Under the pieces are notes generated by a model. It was not told the origin of the DNA and made no database searches. It saw only the letters and a list, made by a program, of their open reading frames with translations. A program made the translations under genes and the position numbers. Shown in pieces: positions 20,530-27,581 of a stretch of 40,000 bases of DNA. This stretch comes from an uncultured Gilliamella sp. (lineage in GTDB: Bacteria > Pseudomonadota > Gammaproteobacteria > Enterobacterales > Orbaceae). The stretch is taken from assembly GCF_945271295.1 (NCBI RefSeq), contig NZ_CALYPG010000002.1. One strand, written 5' to 3'. The number at the start of each line of letters is the position of its first letter. Position 1 is the first letter of the stretch.

Positions 20530-20696
20530 AAATAAACCTAGTCATTCATATTTTATTTAACTTCAATAAAATCAATATATTGCCATTTAAATAGTAATAA
20601 CGACTTAACGGCGTTATAAGTTATAAACCCAAATCATTAAATTCGTTTAATCCCTTTTTTTTATGTGGTTATAACTAGCAATAACCTTACAAAAAG

Positions 20697-20745
20697 TGTC
20701 GATATTATTTCGACATTTAACTGTCGATTTCGACAAAAATGTCGA
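20697..20745. promoter_or_regulatory. Array of five TGTCGA/TCGACA half-sites (candidate enhancer/UAS for the FhlA-type activator)
   Basis: The half-sites are TGTCGA 20697-20702, TCGACA 20710-20715, TGTCGA 20722-20727, TCGACA 20730-20735 and TGTCGA 20740-20745. The array lies about 170-230 bp upstream of the hyf sigma54 promoter and about 250-300 bp upstream of the hyp one. Confidence 0.5.
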
Positions 20746-20995
20746 AATGCCCGCAAAATTGATCGTCTATCATTGAGATTTGAGGAAATAATTTACATTT
20801 ATTTGTTAATTAAATAATTACGAAACGAAGTAATATAATCGAATTTGTTAGTGAATTAATGGTAGTTAAATAATGAAAGCAGATGATAACGACTTTTAAA
20901 TAAAACCTTTAATAATAAGATTAGTAATTTTTATTAATTATCAAGATAAATGTAATTATTAACCCTTATATAACAAAATTAGCAGCTCGCTAAAA

Positions 20996-21011
20996 TGGTA
21001 TATTTATTGCA
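20996..21011 (+). promoter_or_regulatory. Sigma54 (-24/-12) promoter candidate for hypABCDEF
   Basis: The plus strand reads TGGTATATTTATTGCA, with the same register as the hyf element (TGG at positions 1-3, TTGC at 12-15). It lies about 100 nt upstream of the hypA ATG. Confidence 0.5.
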
Positions 21012-21111
21012 TAAAATTGAATAGATATAATTTAAATAAACAATTACTGCCTAAAACAATAAAGATACTGTTATTGTAGCCGTTACTATCAACATTTATA
21101 GAGCTAAAGCA

Positions 21112-21459
21112 ATGCATGAACTAACTTTATGCCATCAAACCCATGAACTGATAATGCATGAAGCTAAATTACAAAAAGCTAAAAGCGTTACAGCAGTTTG
21201 GATAGAAATAGGTGCTTTATCATGTATTGAACCAGAAGCAATGCGTTTTTGTTTTGATCTTGTATGCCAAGGAAGTATTGCCGAAGGCTGTCAGTTACAT
21301 CTTGAACAAAAAAGTGCTACTGCATGGTGTAGTTCATGCCAAAAGATTATTTTGGTAAAAAATGCATTTATTGCTGTTTGTTCACAGTGTAATTCACCGC
21401 TATCAAATGTTGATGTGGATGATAAAGTTTGGGTTAAAAAAATTCAAATTAAGGAGTAA
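21112..21459 (+). CDS. hypA: Hydrogenase nickel-insertion metallochaperone HypA
   Basis: The N-terminus MHELTLC is the MHE Ni site. FCFDLVCQGSIAEGCQLHLE is present, and the zinc site is CSSC...CSQC. The protein is collinear with E. coli HypA. Confidence 0.9.
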   Translation: MHELTLCHQTHELIMHEAKLQKAKSVTAVWIEIGALSCIEPEAMRFCFDLVCQGSIAEGCQLHLEQKSATAWCSSCQKIILVKNAFIAVCSQCNSPLSNVDVDDKVWVKKIQIKE

Positions 21460-21686
21460 TTATGCAATTTCAAACTAATTGGCTATATACTCATGACACA
21501 TTTAAGTTGCGCTTTTTAATACCCTATTATCTGTAAGTTTGTTTATAATGACGTGCAACAGTCCCCGATTGTTAGTTATTTGCTAAAAGTTAGCTAACTA
21601 AAGAACCTGCATAATAACAAGATAATAGCCAAAGCATACTAAAATGGATTAAAAATAAATCCTAAGATGATAAATAAGGAGAATTT

Positions 21687-22574
21687 ATGTGTATTACTTG
21701 TGGATGTGAATCTCATCGCTCGTCTATGGGCGAAAACCAAAATCATGAGCATGAGCATCACCATGAGCAACATACTCATCACGAACCTCAGGTCATTCAT
21801 CATCATTACTATCATAATGGTGATGTTCATCACCATTACCATATTACAGCACAAGAACCTATTGCTAAAACGTTTATACCAGCAGATGTGCAAAATCATC
21901 ATGATAAACATAATGATAACCAGCAACGTTTAGTTGAAATTGAACAACATGTCCTAGCTAAGAATGACCATATTGCTGAGCACAATCGACAACATTTTGC
22001 TGAACGTCATATTGTTGCCCTTAATCTAGTTTCAAGTCCTGGTTCAGGTAAAACTACATTATTAACTCAAACGCTTGGTTATCTATCAACCAAATGTCCA
22101 TGTGCTGTTATTGAAGGCGATCAACAAACCTCAAATGATGCAGAACGTATTGCCCAAACGGGTGTACCGGTTATTCAAGTTAATACAGGTAAAGGTTGCC
22201 ACCTTGATGCCGACATGGTACATAAAGCAGCACATCAACTTACTTTGCCTGACAATGGCTTTCTGTTTATTGAAAATGTAGGTAATTTAGTTTGCCCTGC
22301 GAGTTTTGATCTAGGGGAAAAACTAAAAGTGGTAGTAATGTCAGTTACTGAAGGGGATGATAAACCACTTAAATACCCTCACATGTTCGCCGCAGCAGGA
22401 TTGATGATTATTAATAAAGTTGATTTAATCAATTATGTTAATTTTGATATACAACAATGTATCATTAATGCCAGAAAAATTAATCCAAATTTAGCCATCA
22501 TATCTTTATCTTGTGTTAGTGGTGAAGGATTATCAGACTGGTTTGAATGGCTGGAGGCCCAACAATGTGTATAG
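21687..22574 (+). CDS. hypB: Hydrogenase nickel-incorporation GTPase HypB with His-rich N-terminal extension
   Basis: The N-terminus MCITCGCES is the CxxCGC high-affinity Ni site. The G-domain carries LVSSPGSGKTTLL, CAVIEGDQQT, ENVGNLVCPASFDLGE and NKVDL. An AAGGAG RBS is present. Confidence 0.95.
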   Translation: MCITCGCESHRSSMGENQNHEHEHHHEQHTHHEPQVIHHHYYHNGDVHHHYHITAQEPIAKTFIPADVQNHHDKHNDNQQRLVEIEQHVLAKNDHIAEHNRQHFAERHIVALNLVSSPGSGKTTLLTQTLGYLSTKCPCAVIEGDQQTSNDAERIAQTGVPVIQVNTGKGCHLDADMVHKAAHQLTLPDNGFLFIENVGNLVCPASFDLGEKLKVVVMSVTEGDDKPLKYPHMFAAAGLMIINKVDLINYVNFDIQQCIINARKINPNLAIISLSCVSGEGLSDWFEWLEAQQCV

Positions 22575-22843
22575 GAGTGCCTTGCTGCATTAAAACAATT
22601 GATCCTATTTATCACAATCAAGCGCAAGCAGAAGTTAATGGTATTATTTGTAATATAGATATATCACTTATTACTCAGGAATATGACGAAAGCTTAATTG
22701 GTCAGTGGGTACTTGTTCATACTGGTTTTGCTATGAGTAAATTAGATGAAGAAGAAGCACAAAATACACTTTTGATGTTAAATGAAATGCAAGAAGAGGA
22801 AGCCGATGTTGCAGTGTTATTCCAATCGCAAGACCGGTTTTAA
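22565..22843 (+). CDS. hypC: Hydrogenase maturation chaperone HypC
   Basis: HypC family members need Cys2 directly after the initiator Met. MCIGVP starts at the ATG at 22565, which overlaps the hypB stop (ATGTGTATAG). The block GQWVLVHTGFAMS is conserved. Confidence 0.9.
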   Translation: MCIGVPCCIKTIDPIYHNQAQAEVNGIICNIDISLITQEYDESLIGQWVLVHTGFAMSKLDEEEAQNTLLMLNEMQEEEADVAVLFQSQDRF

Positions 22844-22846
22844 ATT

Positions 22847-23962
22847 ATGCAATTTATTGATGAATTTCGTAATCCGCAGCAAGTTAAACAACTGTTAGCT
22901 AAGATTAACACATTAATTAATCAAACTCACTACTCAGTAGAAAGGCCATTACAAATTATGGAAGTATGTGGTGGTCATACCCATGCGATTTATAAATTTG
23001 GACTAGAAAAACTGTTACCGCAACAAATTGAATTCATCCATGGCCCTGGTTGCCCAGTTTGCGTTTTACCAATGGGGCGGATTGACAGTTGCATTGAAAT
23101 TGCTAAAAAACCTGAAGTCATCTTTTGTACTTTTGGTGATGCAATCCGAGTGCCCGGACGTAATGGTTCATTATTGCAGGCCAGACAGCAAGGAGCCGAC
23201 ATTCGGCTTATCTATTCACCCCTTGATGCATTAAAACTGGCAAAAGAAAATATTGATAAACAAGTTGTTCTTTTTGGGTTAGGTTTTGAAACAACTATGC
23301 CGGGTATGGCATTAACGCTAAAACAAGCCAAACAGCAGCAATTAAAGAATTTCTCACTATTTTGCCAGCATATTACTATTATGCCAACACTGCGCTCATT
23401 GTTACAGCAACCAGATATTTTAATTGATGCTTTTTTAGCCCCTGGTCATGTTAGTATGGTGATTGGCATTGAGCCTTATGATTTTATTAGCCAAAATCAT
23501 CATAAGCCGGTAGTTGTGAGTGGTTTTGAACCAATAGATATTTTACAAAGTATTGCTATGATTTTAGAACAAATCATTTCCCATAATATTAAAGTTGAAA
23601 ACCAATATCGCCGAGTGGTGCATGATAACGGTAATGCTATTGCTCAAGCCGTCATTAATGAAGTGTTTACTCTGCAAGGCGATGATGAGTGGCGAGGGCT
23701 TGGTATTATTGCTAATTCAGGTGTTAGACTTAGTCAAGACTACTTGGAGTTTGATGCAGAGCGACGATTTGGTTTGCACCGAAAACAAGTTGCAGATAAT
23801 CCTCAATCTCGCTGTGGTGACGTATTAACCGGGCGTTGTAAACCAATAAATTGTCCGTTATTTGGCAAACAGTGTACGCCTGACTCGGCATATGGTGCAT
23901 TAATGGTTTCATCTGAAGGTGCTTGCGCGGCATATTATCAATATCGACAAGGTGAATTATGA
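22847..23962 (+). CDS. hypD: Hydrogenase maturation Fe-S protein HypD
   Basis: The blocks MEVCGGHTHAIYKFGL, HGPGCPVCVLP, GLGFETT, PGHVS and the C-terminal CKP..CPLFG..C..GALMVSSEGACAAYYQY are present. Confidence 0.95.
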   Translation: MQFIDEFRNPQQVKQLLAKINTLINQTHYSVERPLQIMEVCGGHTHAIYKFGLEKLLPQQIEFIHGPGCPVCVLPMGRIDSCIEIAKKPEVIFCTFGDAIRVPGRNGSLLQARQQGADIRLIYSPLDALKLAKENIDKQVVLFGLGFETTMPGMALTLKQAKQQQLKNFSLFCQHITIMPTLRSLLQQPDILIDAFLAPGHVSMVIGIEPYDFISQNHHKPVVVSGFEPIDILQSIAMILEQIISHNIKVENQYRRVVHDNGNAIAQAVINEVFTLQGDDEWRGLGIIANSGVRLSQDYLEFDAERRFGLHRKQVADNPQSRCGDVLTGRCKPINCPLFGKQCTPDSAYGALMVSSEGACAAYYQYRQGEL

Positions 23963-24975
23963 CAATAAACACAATTTCAATTATGCATGGTAGCGGAGGT
24001 TTAGCCAGCCAACAACTTATTGATAATATCTTTATGCAGGCTTTTAATAACGATAAATTAGCAAAACGAGAAGATCAAGCACGTCTTTTATTAAGTGATT
24101 TTAATCAACTAGGCGATAAGCTAGCCTTTAGTACTGATAGTTATGTCATTGACCCAATAATATTTCCTGGTGGGGATATCGGCAAACTGGCCGTTTGTGG
24201 GACGGTTAATGATTTAGCGGTTAGTGGGGCTTATCCCCGTTATTTATCTTGTGGTTTTATTATTGAAGAAGGCCTATCTATTGAATTACTCAAACAAATT
24301 GTTACCAGTATGGCTGCTACTGCAAAAATAGCCAATGTTGAAATGGTTACTGGCGATACCAAAGTGGTGCCAAAAGGAGCCGCTGACAAGCTATTTATTA
24401 ATACTAGTGGTATTGGTGTGATTCCTTTTCATCTTGATTGGGGCATGCATAATATTTGCCCTGGCGATAATATTATCGTCAGTGGTACTTTAGGCGATCA
24501 TGGTGCCACGATTCTTAACGAACGCGAAAAATTAGGTTTAATGGGGAACTTATCAAGTGACTGTGCGCCACTTAATCAGCTCATTGATCAACTGCGGTCA
24601 ATTGATGGTATTCATGCGCTACGAGATGCTACTCGTGGTGGAGTTAATGCCGTACTCCATGAATTTTCACAAGCCTGCGGTTATGGCATGAAAATACAAG
24701 AAGCTGCTTTACCACTTAGTCCTGTGGTACGGGGTATTTGTGAGTTACTAGGGCTGGATGCGCTTAATTTTGCCAACGAAGGGAAATTAGTCATTATTGC
24801 TTCTGCATCAGCTACACCAACAGTATTATCAGCATTACGTTCTCATCCATTAGGTGTTAATGCTAACAGTATTGGCGTAGTTACACCACAGCAACAAATC
24901 ATATTATGTGGTCTTTATGGTGTAGAGCGGTTACTTGATTTACCAAGTCAAGAACCCTTACCAAGAATATGTTAA
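23959..24975 (+). CDS. hypE: Hydrogenase maturation carbamoyl dehydratase HypE
   Basis: The protein has a PurM-like fold and ends in the PRIC motif (…EPLPRIC). Its ATGA start overlaps the hypD stop. Confidence 0.95.
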   Translation: MTINTISIMHGSGGLASQQLIDNIFMQAFNNDKLAKREDQARLLLSDFNQLGDKLAFSTDSYVIDPIIFPGGDIGKLAVCGTVNDLAVSGAYPRYLSCGFIIEEGLSIELLKQIVTSMAATAKIANVEMVTGDTKVVPKGAADKLFINTSGIGVIPFHLDWGMHNICPGDNIIVSGTLGDHGATILNEREKLGLMGNLSSDCAPLNQLIDQLRSIDGIHALRDATRGGVNAVLHEFSQACGYGMKIQEAALPLSPVVRGICELLGLDALNFANEGKLVIIASASATPTVLSALRSHPLGVNANSIGVVTPQQQIILCGLYGVERLLDLPSQEPLPRIC

Positions 24976-25008
24976 TCAACTGACTGTTGTTGGAATTTAA
25001 GGAAAAAA

Positions 25009-27312
25009 ATGACACAAAATGGTAGTGAGATTCGGGTAAAAGGCAAAGTACAAGGTGTTGGTTTCCGTCCATTTGTCTGGCAATTAGCAACCAAATTAGG
25101 TTTATATGGTAATGTAAGTAATGATAGTCAAGGAGTATTGATTCATTTAGGGCACAACCCAAGTGAAATTGCCCTTTTTATTGAACAACTTAAGCAACAA
25201 TGCCCACCTTTAGCTAAAATTGATAGCATTATTATTAATCCATATAATTGGCTACAACCACCTGAACAATTCACCATTATTACCAGTCAAAACGGAGAAA
25301 TAGACACATTAATCGTACCAGATGCGGCAACTTGTGATAATTGCCTTCAAGAGTTAAATACAGCCAGTGATCGACGCTACCTATATCCTTTTATTAACTG
25401 CACTCATTGTGGGCCACGCTTTACCATTATTAAGCAAATTCCTTATGATCGCCCCAATACCACAATGGCTAAATTTAAGTTATGCCCATTATGTCAACGT
25501 GAATATGACAATCCCAATGACCGCCGGTTTCATGCTCAACCTACCGCCTGCCCAGCTTGCGGACCACATGTATGGGTTAGCTCAGCCAATGGGAATGTGT
25601 TAGCAGAAAAATCTAAATCAATTGATTTTATTGTAGAAAAATTGAAATATGGTCATATTATTGCAATAAAAGGAATGGGTGGTTTTCACCTTGCCTGTGA
25701 TGCGTTGCAAGATCAGACAGTTCAACAATTGCGTCAACGAAAACAACGTCCACATAAACCTTTGGCCGTTATGTTACCCAATGAAAGCTGGCTAACTCAA
25801 TGTATTCGCTCAGACATTGATATACCTAGATTAATTCAACAACTTAAAAGTCCAGCAGCACCAATTGTCCTGGTTCCGACTAATCCCAAAAGCCCGATAA
25901 GTCAGTATATCGCACCAGATTTAAATGAAATAGGCATTATGTTGCCATCAAACCCATTACATTATCTATTATTGCAGCACTATCAAAAGCCGTTAGTGAT
26001 GACATCTGCCAATCTAAATGGCCAACCTCCGGCACTCACTAATGAACAAGCCTTAGTCACATTAAAAACTATTGCAGATTATTGGTTATTACATGACAGA
26101 GAAATTATGCAACGTGCCGATGACTCAGTAATAAGAATTACCACTAATAAGCTTGAAACACTGAGGCGAGCAAGAGGTTATGTACCTGATGTTGTTAATT
26201 TACCCAATGACTTTAAATCATCTTTATCGATTCTTGCTATGGGAGCAGATCGCAAAAATACCTTTTGTCTACTCAAATCATCACAAGCCATTGTCAGCCA
26301 ATATTTTGGTAACCTTACTGCAGTTACAATTCAGCAGCAATTTCAAGATACACTTAATATTTGGTTGAATATTTATCAGCCAAAGTTAGATTTAATTGTA
26401 GTGGATGCACATCCTAACTATATTAGTCACCGCATTGGATTAGAACTTAGCCAACACTTGCATCTTCCCCTACTACCTATTTATCACCATCATGCACATA
26501 TTGCCGCTTGTCTGGTTGAACATCACTATCCATTACATGGCAAGCCAGTTATTGGAATTGTGCTTGATGGGTTAGGCTATGGACCAAATCATCGTTTATG
26601 GGGCGGTGAATGCCTAATCGCAGATTATAAAAACTGTCAATATTTTGGTGGATTACCTGCTGTTCCGCTTCCGGGTGGAGATTTGGCCGCTAAACAACCA
26701 TGGCGTAATCTACTTGCTCACTTAATCAAGTTTGTAGATAACTGGCAGCAAATACCTGAAGTGAAAAATATACCTGTTGAGAATATTGCTTTGCTCACTC
26801 AAGTGATTCAGCAAAAAATCAATTCACCGCTTGCTTCCTCAACTGGTCGCTTATTTGATGCGATAGCCGCAGCACTTGGTATTGCACCCACCCAAATTAG
26901 TTGGGAAGGAGAAGCTGCTTGTAAATTAGAAAGTCTTGCTTGCCAATATCATGGTCCTGCTCCTACTGTAAATATGCCTTTAAACAACGATATGACATTA
27001 GACCTCAAGACATTTTGGCAACAATGGCTTAGCCTTAAAGCTTCACCAGCTAAACGTGCTTATGCTTTTCATGTTGCTTTAGCCAATGGTATGGCAGAAC
27101 TTGCCAAAGTAGCCGCACAACAACATCAGCTTTCAACAATCGTGTTAAGTGGTGGAGTGATGCACAATCAATTGCTCCGCCAGTTAATACAACAAGCGCT
27201 ACCTGATTATCAATTACTATTTGCAAGCCAATTTCCTGCTAATGATGGTGGTATCGCTTTAGGTCAAGCCATTATTGCAGCAGCGTTAAACGATCCTCAA
27301 ACGAATTATTGA
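25009..27312 (+). CDS. hypF: Carbamoyltransferase HypF
   Basis: The N-terminal acylphosphatase domain carries VKGKVQGVGFRPFVW. Two zinc-finger pairs follow: CDNC..CTHCGPRF and CPLC..CPACGP. YrdC-like (GMGGFHLACDA) and Kae1-like C-terminal domains complete the protein. Confidence 0.95.
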   Translation: MTQNGSEIRVKGKVQGVGFRPFVWQLATKLGLYGNVSNDSQGVLIHLGHNPSEIALFIEQLKQQCPPLAKIDSIIINPYNWLQPPEQFTIITSQNGEIDTLIVPDAATCDNCLQELNTASDRRYLYPFINCTHCGPRFTIIKQIPYDRPNTTMAKFKLCPLCQREYDNPNDRRFHAQPTACPACGPHVWVSSANGNVLAEKSKSIDFIVEKLKYGHIIAIKGMGGFHLACDALQDQTVQQLRQRKQRPHKPLAVMLPNESWLTQCIRSDIDIPRLIQQLKSPAAPIVLVPTNPKSPISQYIAPDLNEIGIMLPSNPLHYLLLQHYQKPLVMTSANLNGQPPALTNEQALVTLKTIADYWLLHDREIMQRADDSVIRITTNKLETLRRARGYVPDVVNLPNDFKSSLSILAMGADRKNTFCLLKSSQAIVSQYFGNLTAVTIQQQFQDTLNIWLNIYQPKLDLIVVDAHPNYISHRIGLELSQHLHLPLLPIYHHHAHIAACLVEHHYPLHGKPVIGIVLDGLGYGPNHRLWGGECLIADYKNCQYFGGLPAVPLPGGDLAAKQPWRNLLAHLIKFVDNWQQIPEVKNIPVENIALLTQVIQQKINSPLASSTGRLFDAIAAALGIAPTQISWEGEAACKLESLACQYHGPAPTVNMPLNNDMTLDLKTFWQQWLSLKASPAKRAYAFHVALANGMAELAKVAAQQHQLSTIVLSGGVMHNQLLRQLIQQALPDYQLLFASQFPANDGGIALGQAIIAAALNDPQTNY

Positions 27313-27581
27313 TTATTTGCTTACAAATTATGACGCAAAATTTAAAAAAATTACCAAAAATCATCATATAACGCATTAACTCTATCCTGATATTTTGGCA
27401 AGATACCTATGCTTTTAATCATATACTATATATGCCAACAAGACTTAAAAGCGCAATAATTAACCAGCCAATAAAGTGGAGCATAAAATAAACAAGTTCA
27501 ATCATGATACGTTTATTCCCAAATAACCCTATTTTTTGTATACTATTAAGGTTTAAAGTGAATTAACATGGTTAGCGACAA

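Noticed and set aside
21639-21933. These are Met/Ile-rich ORFs (95 aa on the minus strand, 88 aa on the plus strand in another frame) overlapping the 5' end of hypB.
   Set aside because: They are artefacts of the CAT/CAC-rich His tract, since CAT reads as ATG on the other strand. They have no RBS and low-complexity composition, and they lie entirely inside a well-supported hypB frame.
22547-22564. The ORF track gives hypC an N-terminal extension (MAGGPT-MCIGVP).
   Set aside because: HypC function requires Cys as residue 2 after the initiator Met. The internal ATG at 22565 gives MCIGVP and overlaps the hypB stop in the usual coupled arrangement.
27396-27413. A sigma54-like TGGCA…TGCT element upstream of the activator gene.
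   Set aside because: The GG and GC dinucleotides are separated by 12 nt rather than the obligatory 10, so it does not fit a -24/-12 promoter.
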